DNA of 64,000 nt from Naegleria gruberi. Lineage: Eukaryota. The notes under the pieces were generated by a model. The model ran no database searches, was not told the DNA's origin, and saw only the letters and a list, made by a program, of their open reading frames with translations. Position 1 is the stretch's first letter. The number at the start of each line of letters is the position of its first letter. Below, piece after piece: positions 21,190-34,768 of this stretch. The stretch lies in NCBI GenBank assembly GCA_000004985.1, contig GG738871.1; one strand, given 5' to 3'. The position numbers and the translations under genes were made by a program.

Positions 21190-21755
21190 TTTTTCTTTTC
21201 TTTCAAAAACTTTTTTGTCTTTTCATCTTCTCTTTTACTTCTTTCTAAATATTCTTTCATGAGATCTTCATCCATGGATGATGATTTTGTGGAGTTGTTA
21301 GAGGATGATTTCTTCTTTTCTGATGATTTTTGAGTGGCTTGATCTACTACTTTGGATTGACTTGGTGTTATAGGAGTATTGGTAATAATATTATTTTGAG
21401 AATTTACCACTTTGTGAAATAATGATTTTGAGTCATAGTTCAATACATCTTTAAAGGTGGTAATTTTAGAGTTGTTAATCAATGATTCTTCAGTTTTCTT
21501 CTTTTCAATATTTAAATTTGAAGGTGAAGTAGTGGTAGGATCCTTCCGAGAGTGATCAATCACCTTAACTTGTTCAATTGTTGAATTTGATTTTACTTTT
21601 TTAAATTGTTCATAATTTTCTTCCGATTGTTCCTTCTTTCTCTTTCGTTCTTGTTCTTTTTGTTTTTCATTTTCAATAGATTTAATCTTGTTTACTTTTT
21701 CTCTGTTTTTTTCTGAAGAGATGTGCCACGATTTTTTAGAGAGCAAATCAGACAT
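21186..21755 (-). CDS. Cir_N-domain protein (CIR1/Cwc25/LENG1-like pre-mRNA splicing-associated family)
   Basis: ATG at 21755. The N-terminus MSDLLSKKSWHISSEKNREKV matches the Cir_N signature (KKSWHP...N.EKVW). The rest is K/E/S-rich. It ends in KEKKK* directly overlapping the next ATG. Confidence 0.6.
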   Translation of the reverse strand: MSDLLSKKSWHISSEKNREKVNKIKSIENEKQKEQERKRKKEQSEENYEQFKKVKSNSTIEQVKVIDHSRKDPTTTSPSNLNIEKKKTEESLINNSKITTFKDVLNYDSKSLFHKVVNSQNNIITNTPITPSQSKVVDQATQKSSEKKKSSSNNSTKSSSMDEDLMKEYLERSKREDEKTKKFLKEKKK

Positions 21756-21807
21756 TTTTTTATTATTTAAATTCAATAAATATTACAATTTCCTTAATTT
21801 ACAATAC

Positions 21808-22748
21808 TTAATTCAATTTGATATTGTTACTTTCCTTTTCATAGACAGCATCTTCATCAGATCCTCTCAAAATTAAACGATCATCACTATCTGGAATGTC
21901 AACAATTAAAGAGTGGAATGTGAAACGATTTCTAATAATATTTAAAATTCCACTCTTTCTAGAAGCATCACAAGAAATCATGGCAGTCTTTTTGTTTGGA
22001 TCTTGAAGTTGGAAAATGAGTTGAACTCTTTTTGGTTTCCAGAATTGAAGCTTTCTAATAAGTGGAACATCGTGAGCATTATTAAAATCTGGATAAGTGT
22101 ATGAGTAAGCTCTGAATTTTCCAGGAGTGAGTGGAGTGAGCATATTATCTCTGACACTCTTATTGGCTAAAACCTTTTTAACAGCAGCTTTATAAACAGC
22201 TGATGGACTAATACTGAATGAAACAACTGCCAAATAACTAAGTCCACATGAAATTAAACCAGTGAAGAAACCAGTGTAAAATGAAACTGTAGCAACATTC
22301 TTAAATGTGATAGAACTCAACCAATCAGTAATTTCCCAAACTATTCAACTATTTAATATTAAAATCCAATATACATACCAATCCACAAAACACCAAATAT
22401 TGCTGTTGAAATGATGGCATATCTTACAAAGTACATTTTCCAAAATTTAACAAGAAGTGGAATGTTAATATCTGGTCTATCTTCATCCATAATACGTTCC
22501 TTATCGTTGAAAACTTCAACAGGGACAATTTCCTTTTCCAAATCCCTTTCTTCTTCATAAATAAATAATTTTTCATCCTTCTTTTGTGGAGTTTTATTTT
22601 CTTGTTTTACTTGATTATTCTTTGAATGGAATGAAGCCACAATAAAAGATCTGTTATTAATATGTACAGATGTAATTTTTGTTGTTGGTGATGAAAAGAG
22701 TGATGGCTTGGCTGTTTTATGGGCCAAGGAAATTACACGTTTGAACAT
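21808..22748 (-). CDS. Hypothetical two-TM protein with mitochondrial-presequence-like N-terminus; exons 22379-22748 and 21808-22340, 38-nt intron
   Basis: The N-terminus MFKRVISLAHKTAKPSLFSS is basic and hydroxylated. TM helices are YAIISTAIFGVLWIG and FYTGFFTGLISCGLSYLAVVSF. A GTATGT...ttgaatag intron restores the frame (WIG|VWEITDWLSSITFKNV...). Confidence 0.55.
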
Positions 22749-22856
22749 TTTTTTTGATTGAATAAAGTTCAATGATCTTAAATTATTAAATTGATAATAA
22801 TAATATTTGCATTGCAATGATATAAATTATTTAATTTCCTATTAGTTTAAACAAAA

Positions 22857-23850
22857 TTATTCAGTCTTCTTAGCTTTTTCAGCCTTCTTCTTAGCAATTG
22901 CTCTAGCATTTTGTTGTCTCAAATTAAAGAACAAAATAAAGAATGAAATAACAATGAAATCACCTGACAATGAACCAATCAATGAACCAGTACAAGTGTT
23001 TCCCTTAGGTCTTTCCCAGAAGATTTCAACATATGAGTAAGCAGTGAAAGCAGCAGCATCAAAAATGAATTGAGTTAATTGAATATCAGTCAAATACATC
23101 TTCCACCAGACATCAAAACCTAAAGTGACCTTCATGTAGTAATAGTACATAACAATGTGAACAAAAGTATTCAAAATAATTGGAATCCATTGTCCAGTAC
23201 CTCCACTGTACAATCCATAATAACAAATTGACATTGTGGTGACATGGTGATAGGTGTGAATAAATCTGAGTCTAGATCTTCTGATAACAAGGAGGAAAGT
23301 ATCAAAAAGTTCTACATATTTAGACAAGTAATACTATTATTTAAAATTTAAAAATTCAATTTAAAAATTCAATCATGTGAAAACATACCATGTAGGTCCA
23401 GAATGGAATATAACCAACGTTATACTTATGTTCAGGGTCACACAACAAACTGTAGAAACCATCCTTCAATCCAATAGAAGTAACTTCAAACAACAATCCA
23501 AAGAAACAGACAAGGGAAATAACAGTCATATTCAAATTATGTAAAAAGGCTAAAACCTTCAAAATCTTTTGTACAAAGGTTGGATTCTTATGTTCTTGTT
23601 CCATTTCCTCTCTGGACTTGGTACCAAGAATAAAACTAAGAGTATAGGAAACAACAAGATATCCGACCAAAGTCAAACCAATAGATGGTAAACTGGAGAG
23701 AGGAGCAGCATCTTGGTCCCAGTTAAATTTGCCACCAACTTCGAGGTAGGTTTCATGAATAGAATTCAATGAAGTAATATCGAGCTTGTGATAAGCATCA
23801 ACAAAAGTCTGCAATGTTGTGAGTGGTAACTCTGGATGTGTGGAAGACAT
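22857..23850 (-). CDS. Fatty-acid elongase (ELO/ELOVL family); exons 23389-23850 and 22857-23333, 55-nt intron
   Basis: Multi-TM protein with the ELO histidine box HTYHHVTTM and YYLSKYVELFDTFLLVIRRSRL (the ELO signature F.SK..EL.DT.F..LRK). It ends in a lysine-rich ER-retention-like tail, KKKAEKAKKTE. Confidence 0.85.
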
Positions 23851-23920
23851 TTTTTTGTGCTGAGTTTTTTTGTACGCTGTTAAAAAGTCGAAAAGCTAAC
23901 GGTACTTGAAAGTTACGATT

Positions 23921-23936
23921 TTTAGGCGGCAAACTT
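23921..23936. promoter_or_regulatory. Motif variant TTTAGGCGGCAAACTT ~75 nt upstream of ELO gene ATG (minus, 23850)
   Basis: GGCGGC core at 23925-23930, in the intergenic spacer between the ELO and AP-4 epsilon genes. Confidence 0.45.
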
Positions 23937-24336
23937 CCTTTTACTGGTATTGTTACCAATAACACTCTTGGTGTTGTGGTAATCCTCCTCAATGATTGTT
24001 ATGGAGTTTGAGACGTTGAGGTTTCTTCTTGCTGAATTGTGCTTGATGATTCTTTTAAAAAGAAAATGGAAGATTGGTATCCTATCGTTATCATTCTATG
24101 AGGATTCAAATTCAGTGTTGATGAAGTGATTGAGTTTTTTTTTGAGGGAAGATTTAAGATTTGTTTCTTGGCTGTAGATACAATAGTAGAGACAAACGGT
24201 CCTTGTAACAAGATAAATCGAGTCATTAGTGAATATCACACCTAAACTACTGCTGCAAGTGTTACAGCTAAACCAAATACTCTGTATGACTCAGGTCATG
24301 CGTTGGCAAAAACTATTTTTCATCATTAAATAAAAA

Positions 24337-27300
24337 ATGTCTAATCATTCAAAGGGTGCGTTGTCGATTTTATTTAGATTCTAAAAACTGTTTTTTAATT
24401 GTATCTGTGATTACCGATCCGTGGTTATTATATTGTACAAAACTTAAATCATCGGATGAATATATTGTGATGGTTGGAAAATAGAATTTTTCGAGCTTAT
24501 CCGTGGAATTGGTGAAGCCAAATCTAAACAAGAGGAAGATAAACTCATCCTCAAGGAAATGGCTATTCTCAAAACAGGAATGGAAAATCCAAAAGTTACT
24601 TTGGTACGTTTAATCTATTTTACTTTCCGTTCGAAAATTTTCATTTAGAAATTGATGAAGGAATATATGGTTAGACTTTTATATTGTGAAATGCTCGGAC
24701 ATGATGCATCATTCGGATATGTTAATGCTATTAAACTCACATCAAGTAAGGAAATGTTGGAAAAGAGAATGGGTTATTTGGCTGTTACTCTCTGTTTACC
24801 TCCAGACCATGAATTATTATTATTATTGATTTCAAATTTACAAAACGATATGAAATCTACTAATTTTGTATCTGCTTGTTGTGCTTTAACAGCAGCAGCT
24901 AAGATTGTAAATGAGGAAACAGTACCTGCTCTTCTTCCACAAGTACTTGAATTGAGAAAACACGCTAAACCAATAGTAAGAAAGAAGGTTATTTCAACCC
25001 TCCAAAGATTTTATCAAATCAGTCCTTCATCAGTGCCAGACATTGTTGAATACGCTAAGGAATCACTTTGCGATAGAGATCCATCTGTTATGGGTGCTTC
25101 ACTTTGCTTAATTTATGATCTTTTAGTCTCACAAGAATATACAAGACAACTCAAGGATCTTGTACCAGGTCTTGTTGCTATCCTTAAACAAATTATTGAA
25201 AGAAGATTATCAAGAGATTTTGATTATCACAGACTTCCTGCTCCTTGGATTCAAATTCATGTATTGAAATGTTTGGCTTTACTTTGTGCTGATGATAGAC
25301 AATCTTCTGAGTTGGTTTATGAAGTTTTACGTGATGGTATGCAAAGAGCTGATACTGGTCTTAACATTGGACATGCTGTGGTTTTTGAATTTGTGAAAAC
25401 AATTACAACTATTTATCCAAATAACTTACTATTGGAAAGTGCTGCTAGTGCTATTAGTAGATTTATTACAAGCTCAAATCATAATCTCAAGTATTTGGGT
25501 ATTCAATCCCTTACTCAAATTGTTAAAATCAATCCAAAGTACGCCATTCAACATCAAATGGTAGTTATTAATTGTTTGGAAGATACTGATGAAACTTTGA
25601 GAAGAAGAACATTGGAATTACTTTTCACCATGACAAATGCTAACAACGTTACTGTTATTGTGAAGAGACTTTTGGAATTTGCTAAAAAGTCTATTGATGC
25701 TCACATGAGAAAGGATCTTATTGAAAGAATTTCAATTCTTGCTAAGAATTTCTCACCAAGTATTCCTTGGTACCTTGACACTATGAATAGCCTTTTTGAG
25801 ATTGATCCACAATATATTCCTCAAGAATCTCTCCAAAATATGATGAGTGTTATTGGTGAAGGAGTTGGTGTTGAAGAAGATGATGCTGAAATGAGAAGTC
25901 ACTGTGTTGAAACTTTCTGTAATGTTGTAGATTCAAAGAATGTTATTCACGATCTTCACATGCAAGTTATTGCTTGGGTTTTGGGAGAATATAGTTATAT
26001 GAATGAATCTTATGATTCTTCTGATATTTTGGCTAAGTTATGCGAATTAGTTGAAAGACAGTTGGAATTTGAGGAAACTAGATGTTGGATTATTACAGCT
26101 ATGCTCAAGATTATCGCTCAATGTAAATATGCTTCTCCTGAAATTGTTGAATACTTTAGAAAGTACAAAGATTCCAAGAATGTTGATTTACAACAACGTT
26201 GTTATGAAGGTATTGCTCTTGTTGATGCATGTGAAAGATGTGGATGGGATGATATCATGGATGCAGTTCTTCCACTTGATGGAGCTTATGAGGATATTGA
26301 AGTTGATTCCAAATTGAGCTTTGGTCAAGAGTATGTTAATGGTTTATTGAGAAAGGGAGCTAAAAAGTATTTGAGCACTGATGATCAACGTCAAGTTCTT
26401 TCTGATGTTGCCACAAAGCCTGCTAAACGCCAACTCAAGTTTGACAAATATGAAAATCCAACTTCTTCAGTACCAGTTAGCACTAATATTATTGAAAACG
26501 CTCCTATTGATCTTGCTTCTGCTAGAGCCAACACCAACACCATGAATAATTCGACAATTAGCACTTCTCTTCCAAAGAAGAAGGGAGGCAAATGGGGTTC
26601 AGAAGATACTATTCCTGAAGAGCCTGTCAAGGAACCTACACCTTCTGTTGTGACTCCAAGTGAACCAAAGCATACTTCTCCATACTCTGATTCTCATTCA
26701 CCTGTTACAAAACCATCAGCTGAGCCAAAGGTTGACACCAAGACTATGAAGAAGCTTAATCAATTTGGAGGTATGTTTTTGGGTATGGATGGTGGTTCTG
26801 GTGCTGCAGGCGGTTCTTCAACTGCTAAACCAAAGAAGCAACCAGCTAAACCTGCTCAAAGAAAATTATCAAAGGGACATACTCACAAGCCACAACCTTC
26901 TCTCTTTGAAGAAGAAATTGTTCCTTCCAATTCACAATCAACCAAAGTATCTACACCTGGTGATATTTTCAATGATTTTGAAACAATGACTATTCACACA
27001 CCTTCTCAACCACAACAAACACGTCAACAACCTGTTGTTCAAAAATCATCAAATCCATTGGATGATTTCTTTGATTTGACATCAGCACCTGTTCTTACTC
27101 CATCTCAACCTGCTAAGAGTAATGACCTCTTAGATTTTGGACAAATTCTTGAACCAACAAAGGCGGTTAAGAATCAACCAAGACCAATGGATACTCTTCA
27201 ACCACAAAATAAGTTGAAAAAGACTACCAATCTCATTCAACAAATTTCCTCAACTTATCCAAGTTCCTTCAAGGATTTGACACAATTAGCAAGAGATGAT

Positions 27301-27966
27301 CGTTTGGTTGTAGATTATAACAAATTTTGGAAGGATGATTCATTGATTATTGCATTGATGGTTTCGACTGATAGAGGTTTCACACTTTCTCAAATTTCTT
27401 TCCAATTTTCCCCACCTTCTAACTTTGCTATGAGCCTTCAAACTGATTGTGAATCCAGACCAAAGCAAAATGGTCTTACATTTGCTAGTTTGGATCAAAC
27501 AAGACCAGCTTCAATTATTATTTCATTGTCTCCTCAAGATATTGTTTTGGGAACTCGTTTGGTTGGTCAAGTCACTTACTCTAATGAAAATAATGCACCA
27601 TCTTACTTTAGTTTGAATATTCCAATCGATACTGTTGATATTTTATCTGAATATCCAGATTTTGGTTCTACAAAACAATTTGCTGATGGTTGGAAGAAAT
27701 ATACACAAGAAAAGAAGAACTCTATTAAGGTTTCTGGCATTTTTGATATTAATCGTTGTATTCAAATTTTGAAAGAAAAGGCTAAAGTTTCTGTGATTCA
27801 AATTATTGACCTTGAAGTTATTGGTGTATGTAAGGTGGTTGGAAGAAACGATGTTGTTTTAATCCACAGCAAGTTTAATCCATCTGGTACAGCAATGATT
27901 ACTGTAAGAACTGCCAATCCAACTCTTACAGGAAACGTTTCTGTATTAATTAATTCAATTTTCTAA
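24337..27966 (+). CDS. ap4e: AP-4 adaptor complex subunit epsilon; exons 24337-24355, 24485-24603, 24649-27966
   Basis: Exon 2 (FFELIRGIGEAKSKQEEDKLILKEMAILKTGMENPKVTL) and exon 3 (KLMKEYMVRLLYCEMLGHDASFGYVNAIKL...RMGYLAVTLCLPPDHELLLLLISNLQNDMKSTN...) align with AP4E1 (LVRGITALTSKHEEEKLI...LKMMKECMVRLIYCEMLGYDASFGYIHAIKL...RVGYLAVSLFLHESHELLLLLVN). A 19-nt first exon ATGTCTAATCATTCAAAGG was inferred from phase. The 45-nt second intron has a GTACGT donor. Confidence 0.85.
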
Positions 27967-28016
27967 ACTAAAATAAACATGTACTTGTAAACCAGCTTAT
28001 ACAATTATTGTTGATT

Positions 28017-29383
<1,367 letters not shown>

Positions 29384-29414
29384 TTTTTTTAATATTTTAT
29401 TCAATTTTTAATTT

Positions 29415-29429
29415 ATTTTTGGCGCCAAA
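29415..29429. promoter_or_regulatory. Perfect palindrome TTTTTGGCGCCAAAC at the centre of the 70-bp bidirectional RBBP4 (minus ATG 29383) / CWC27 (plus ATG 29453) promoter
   Basis: GGCGCC at 29420-29425. It lies 37 nt from one ATG and 28 nt from the other. The flanks are otherwise pure A/T. Confidence 0.6.
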
Positions 29430-29452
29430 CAATTTAATTTTTCCACTTAAAA

Positions 29453-30629
29453 AATGAGTCAAGTTTATTCTTCCCTCCCAAAAACTCAAGGTAAGCAAAT
29501 CATCATTTATTTTGATTCGGAATGAAAATAATATTAAATTGAAATTATTATAGGAAAGGTTATTGTAGTCACTGATTGTGGTGATATTGAAATTGAATTA
29601 TTTGCTAGAGAAACACCAAAGGCTTGTAAAAATTTTGTACAGTTATGTCTTGAGGATTTTTATAATGGATTACATTTTCATAGAATTGTTTCGGAGCAAT
29701 TTGTTCAAACTGGTGATCCAACTAATAATGGTGATGTTGGCGAATCTATTTATGAATTGGATGAATCAGGAAAAGGAAAAGCTTTTGAAGCAGAATATCA
29801 TTCAAGATTGAAATTTTCTCAAAGAGGATTAGTAGCTTGTGCCTCTCAGAATAACATGTCTGATTCTAGGTTTTTTATAACACTTAATAGATTGGATGCT
29901 TTAAATTTTAAACATACAATATTTGGACAAATAGTAGGAAATACTATTTACAATGTTCTGAAAATTGCTGAATTGGAAGTTGACGATAATGACAGGCCTG
30001 TTTATCCTCCAAAAATAATAAGAACTGAGGTAATTGTAAATCCATTTCCTGATATTGTACCAAGGAAAAAAACAGTATCAGATTCGAATATCAAAAAGAG
30101 AAAAAAGAAAGAAAATAAGAATGTTCTCTCATTTTCTGATGAGATTGAGGAAAACAGTGAAGAAATTAAACCAAGAAAGAAGGATAAAAAAGAGCATACA
30201 GATTCACAACAACATAAAGACGAGAAAAATAAGGTCATTGAACCTGTTGAAATTCCAAAAGACAGCAATCCACCAAAAATAGAGTCCAAAGAAATTCCAA
30301 TAGACAAAAATTCAAGAGAAACAAATAGGAAAGAAGAAACTGATCCTACCACCTCCACAGAAAATGAAAACACATTTGATGATGTTGCAAGCAGATTTTC
30401 CTCTTTAAGAAAGCAAAAGGAAGAACAAATCAAAACTGATTCTGAAAATAAGACGAAACAAGATGCCAAACAATATTTAAGTAATCAACTCCAAAAGTAC
30501 AAAAAGAAGTCATCTAAAGAGGACAGAGAAGCCAAAGCTTTAGAAAAGTTTGAAAGTTTCTCTAAATTGTTAAAATCCACTAACTCTGAATCATGGAAGA
30601 AACATGAGTTGAATTATAAAAAAGAATAG
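29453..30629 (+). CDS. CWC27-like spliceosome-associated cyclophilin-type PPIase; exons 29453-29489 and 29554-30629
   Basis: MSQVYSSLPKTQG | KVIVVTDCGDIEIELFARETPKACKNFVQLCLEDFYNGLHFHRIV...GESIY...EYHSRLKFSQRGLVACA...SRFFITL...KHTIFGQIVGNTIYNVLKIAELEVDDNDRPVYPPKI matches CWC27/SDCCAG10. It has a K/E-rich tail. The 64-nt intron has a GTAAGC donor. Confidence 0.8.
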
Positions 30630-30637
30630 GATTGTCT

Positions 30638-31670
30638 TTATTTCAAAGTTTTTTTCCGATTTTTGGAAGTTGGAGACCTATATCTATCCCTTTCGGTTGT
30701 TGGCCTGGAGTTTGATTCATTCCCCATTCTTTTAATGGATGAAATTAAGGAAGTATTGGATTTGATTAATGATGAACGAGCCTTTGATTCGAATTGGCTA
30801 TGATGTATCTGTGCTGTATTTTTAAGATTGCTATATCTTAGTGAGACTTGCTCAACCTCTCGATTTCTTTGTTGAATTGTTTCACTTCTTTCTCTTCTTA
30901 TTTTAATATCGAAACTATCAAGTTCTTGTTGTTGCTTTTTAAGTAAATGACTTTTCTTTTTTTCGAATGATGAGCTGTATTTAAGCATGAGCTTTCTCAT
31001 CTCTTCTTCTTGCAGCTTTTCAGCCTTCTTTTTTACCTATTTATAATTATTTAAGGTTTTTTGCTCGGAATGATGATGAACTACTTACAGATATTGCTTC
31101 GAAATAAAATTCTTGTCTTGCTAGAGTTTCCTCCATCATTTTCAAGGTAATTAAATCTCTCGTCTTTGGATTGTATTTACGTTCTATTTCATCAAAGAAT
31201 TTTTGTTCAAAATCCTCTAATTCTTTAGCATGCTTTTCAGCAAGTCTTTGTTTTGTATCGTCAAAGGATTGTTCCAGACCATTGATCTTTTCTTCCCATC
31301 GATCTTTTACTTCTCTTACTTCTTGTTCAAATGCTGAATCTATTTCTTCTCTTTCCTTTAATTGTATTCGCTTAATATTATCTATATGTCTCTTCTCATT
31401 TTGAAATTTTAATAATAACATTGCTTTCTTTCCTATTTCGCATTGTTCATATTCACCTCTAGCAAAACACATCCTATGATATTCTTTTAAAATTCTGATA
31501 GCCATCTCGTAAGTCATCTCTTGCGGTAGAGGTTCATGACTAAACGTTAGACTAATAATACCTTTTGCTTCCTCTTCCACCATCTCGAGTCCTTCATCAA
31601 ATTTATCAATTGATGATGCAACCAAGCTCCCCGAGAGCTTATTACTACGAAGTGAACTCGAAAAAGACAT
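30638..31670 (-). CDS. Coiled-coil protein, hypothetical; exons 31089-31670 and 30638-31036, 52-nt intron
   Basis: MSFSSSLRSNKLSG... is followed by long heptad-like E/K/R-rich segments. A GTAAGT...ataaatag intron joins ...FYFEAIS to VKKKAEKLQEEEMRKLM... in frame. Confidence 0.6.
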
Positions 31671-31707
31671 TCTCGTAATTTTTTATATTTTATTTCTGCT
31701 CAGAAAA

Positions 31708-31725
31708 CTTTTGGCGCCAAAAATA
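31708..31725. promoter_or_regulatory. Palindrome CTTTTGGCGCCAAAAATA 43 nt upstream of coiled-coil gene ATG (minus, 31670)
   Basis: GGCGCC at 31713-31718. Confidence 0.55.
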
Positions 31726-31979
31726 ATCAACATGTGTCAATTAAGGATGAAAATTTTAAGTTTTATGGAAGAGACATATTCAACAAACATCATTCTCTTG
31801 GTTTGACAAAAGTAAGAAAAATTATAATAACGGTCAAACTATAAGTTCTATTCAATGGTTCGTTCTATCCATCTCAATCAACACTAATATCACTCGCCTG
31901 GCAATTACATAAAAAAAAACGAATATTCAATCTCCTGTTATTATCAAGTTTAAACCATATTTACAGTAAATACTGTATC

Positions 31980-34082
31980 TTATTTTTGTAAATTCTTAAT
32001 TTCAGCCTCAGTCAACTCTAATTTTTCAAGGAATTGTTGTTGTTGAGAATTTAAGAGTGTTTCAGTACCGAAAATTTGCAAAGCTACTGATATAAACCAT
32101 GATTGAACAGCCATTATAAACAATCTAAACTCAAAATAGAGTTGACTTCTCCAGAATTTGAATTTTTGAGACCATGTGTTCAAATCTTGGTAATTTTCAA
32201 CAGATACTCCTTTGGCAGCACATCTAGCCATAACAGAAAATCTATTCACCTTAGCGCCAAGCTCTCTATTTAAAGATCTAAGAATGTTATCGGTTCTTGA
32301 GATGAGCAACATTTCTTTTGGCATATTTCTGTAAATGTCCATAAATTCAGCCCTTCTAGACTCAAAGAGCTTACTGAATTTTTCAAAATCTTCTTCAGTA
32401 ATTTGCTGTTCAAATGCTGCACTCAAGTCTCCATTTTGATCCAGACCTTGCAACATAATCATTGAGGTATATAGTCTGTAATCTTTGATGCCAATGGATT
32501 TACAATAATCATCCATGCCCTTTTTATCGTTTAAAACTATGCTGACCCAGAATTTAGCATAGTTAATTCTGAAATGGTCATCCAAATCTTTGTATAAACC
32601 ATGGTCTAAGATGACGATTTGTGGTTCTGATGGATTATTTGGGTTTTGCTTTACCATAACATTACTTTGATGTGCATCTGCATGCATGTGTCCGTGAATA
32701 AACAGTTGCTCTGCAAACGCAGAAATGATTCTAGCTGCGACATCACCTTCATCAAATCCCATAGCTCTAATTCTCTTTATGTCATTTGAGTTGCATGCAT
32801 TATCAATGAATTCCATTGTTAAAACTCTTGAGCTAGTGTAATCATCATAGATTTTTGGTATATAGACATCTGGTCTTGAAGTACCAAATCTTTGAGCTGC
32901 CATCTTGGCATTTTCGGCTTCATGTAAGAAATCAAGCTCTGAATTAAGACTGCTCTTGATTTCATCACTAAATTGTTGATTAACTTCAAGTAATTCATCA
33001 ATGCTCTTGGAATCTTCTTGCATGTAATATAATCTTATGCTTAATTTAGTTGCAGCATCTCTAGTGTACATATCACCAGCAAAAAAGAATCTCACATAGT
33101 GATATTGAACCTTTACAGCTACAGACTGACCTTCTTTTGTTCTAGCTCTATGTACTTGAGCTATTGACCCACTGGCAATTGGTGTTGGATCAAAATATTC
33201 AAATAATTCCTCAACTGTTTTTCCAAAATCTTGATAAACAATCTTCTTTACTTCCTCAAAAGAAATTGTTGGAGCTCTATCTCTCATAACTGAAAGTGTT
33301 TCAATATATTCATCTGGAAGGAATCCTGAAAGTGAAGCAATATGTTGTCCAAGTTTAACATATATACCCTTGTTTTCCGAGCATAAACGTAGCAATCTCT
33401 TAGCTGACTTGACATGCAACTCCTTCTTTTTAGCAATAAATTCAGTTGATTTTTTGTCTGGTTTCTCTTGAAACCAATAATTTGGGTTAAAAGAACTAGT
33501 ATTCAGAAGGACTAAGTATTCAACTCCAATAATTAAAATTGTTGACATTGTCTTTACATATCTGTCAATTCCTTCAAATAATTGAATAATTGGTGTTAGT
33601 GCATCTAAAAGAAATGGATTATAGAGTTTACTGTATGGATTTTCAATGTCGGATGCATGAAACAGCCATATAGAAAATTTCATTGCAGCATAAGAAAGTG
33701 CACTAATTGTTATTGCTCCAAGTTGAAATAAGCACAAGTATTTTAATATTTTGAGAATCCTTTTAAATAGAGAGGCTGTTTCCTCCTGTTCATTATTAGT
33801 ATTTCCTTGTTGATTTGTAAATGTAGAATATTTGTTAAATTGATGATTTTCCTTTTGGTAATTTAACAAAATAGAGGATGATCCTACTTGTTTGTTAAAA
33901 TCCAATTTACTTTTTTCCACCACTTGTCCAGTAAGATGATTCCTAATATTGCTAATATGAAATGATCGTCTATTTGATAAATTTAAATTATTCCGAGTGA
34001 GTATTGGTGTAGTAGTAGCAATACTACTAGTCATAACCAGAGGCTTGCCTCTTTTCAATGACTTTAAAAGAATAGTCATCAT
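31980..34082 (-). CDS. ABC1/ADCK (aarF domain-containing) atypical kinase, mitochondrial-type
   Basis: The 700-aa ORF opens with a presequence-like N-terminus (MMTILLKSLKRGKPLV...RRSFHISNIRNH). The ABC1 signature is ...LCSENKGIYVKLGQHIASLSGFLPDEYIETLSVMRDRAPT...FEYFDPTPIASGSIAQVHRARTKEGQSVAVKVQ.... A downstream kinase-like region contains ILDHGLY. Confidence 0.8.
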   Translation of the reverse strand: MMTILLKSLKRGKPLVMTSSIATTTPILTRNNLNLSNRRSFHISNIRNHLTGQVVEKSKLDFNKQVGSSSILLNYQKENHQFNKYSTFTNQQGNTNNEQEETASLFKRILKILKYLCLFQLGAITISALSYAAMKFSIWLFHASDIENPYSKLYNPFLLDALTPIIQLFEGIDRYVKTMSTILIIGVEYLVLLNTSSFNPNYWFQEKPDKKSTEFIAKKKELHVKSAKRLLRLCSENKGIYVKLGQHIASLSGFLPDEYIETLSVMRDRAPTISFEEVKKIVYQDFGKTVEELFEYFDPTPIASGSIAQVHRARTKEGQSVAVKVQYHYVRFFFAGDMYTRDAATKLSIRLYYMQEDSKSIDELLEVNQQFSDEIKSSLNSELDFLHEAENAKMAAQRFGTSRPDVYIPKIYDDYTSSRVLTMEFIDNACNSNDIKRIRAMGFDEGDVAARIISAFAEQLFIHGHMHADAHQSNVMVKQNPNNPSEPQIVILDHGLYKDLDDHFRINYAKFWVSIVLNDKKGMDDYCKSIGIKDYRLYTSMIMLQGLDQNGDLSAAFEQQITEEDFEKFSKLFESRRAEFMDIYRNMPKEMLLISRTDNILRSLNRELGAKVNRFSVMARCAAKGVSVENYQDLNTWSQKFKFWRSQLYFEFRLFIMAVQSWFISVALQIFGTETLLNSQQQQFLEKLELTEAEIKNLQK

Positions 34083-34490
34083 CACAAGGAATAATAAAAT
34101 TGGTTATTTTTTCTTGATTGAATCATCAACTGGAACATGTTTAACTTTGCAATTGGTATCATTGAAGTTTTTGAATTGATCAATTCCACTGACAAAATAA
34201 TGCAATAAATGATGAACAATACAATTCCGAGACTTTTGATTGTCAATTAATGAATTATTGATCATTAATTGACAGAAATGAGTTCAACTTCAATATTCTT
34301 AAGGAACTTATCTCACACTTAATATGAACGTGGTATGGTAGGTACCTAAGAAATATCCCATGAAAGTATTAAGGAATTGAAAGAGATGAATGGGATGTAG
34401 GCACTAAGAAACAGCCATTGTTCCAAATACAACAAATCACAATGTGTCCGTGTTTCGTTATTAATTCACCACTTGTCTGAGAATAGTTGT

Positions 34491-34540
34491 AAAGGCGCCA
34501 AATCATCATTCACAACGAACAACTTCAAGGCGCCCAAAAT
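34491..34540. promoter_or_regulatory. Two copies of the motif (AAAGGCGCCAAATC and CAAGGCGCCCAAAAT) 35 bp apart in the spacer between the ABC1 kinase (minus) and Ser-rich gene (plus)
   Basis: GGCGCC at 34494-34499 and 34529-34534. They lie ~235-270 nt upstream of ATG 34769 and ~410-450 nt upstream of ATG 34082. Confidence 0.45.
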
Positions 34541-34768
34541 AATTTAATAATAGATAAAAAAATTGACCGAATTTGCTAGGAATTTACTTTGGTGTATCAG
34601 CCAATTTTGATAAAGATTAGGATTGCCGTTGTTATCACAAGAGGCTTCTTCATACGACTCACGAGTGTATTATTAATAGAAGAGAGTAGACTACTTCACT
34701 TTCCAATCACTACTACAACTACCATTAGAAAAAAAAGAATACAATATTAACCCGAGTTAAATTACTCC

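Noticed and set aside
23798-24226. Two short minus-strand ORFs (64 and 75 aa) between the ELO and AP-4 epsilon genes
   Set aside because: Low complexity, no ATG in good context, and they overlap the promoter spacer carrying the GGCGGC motif. Judged spurious.
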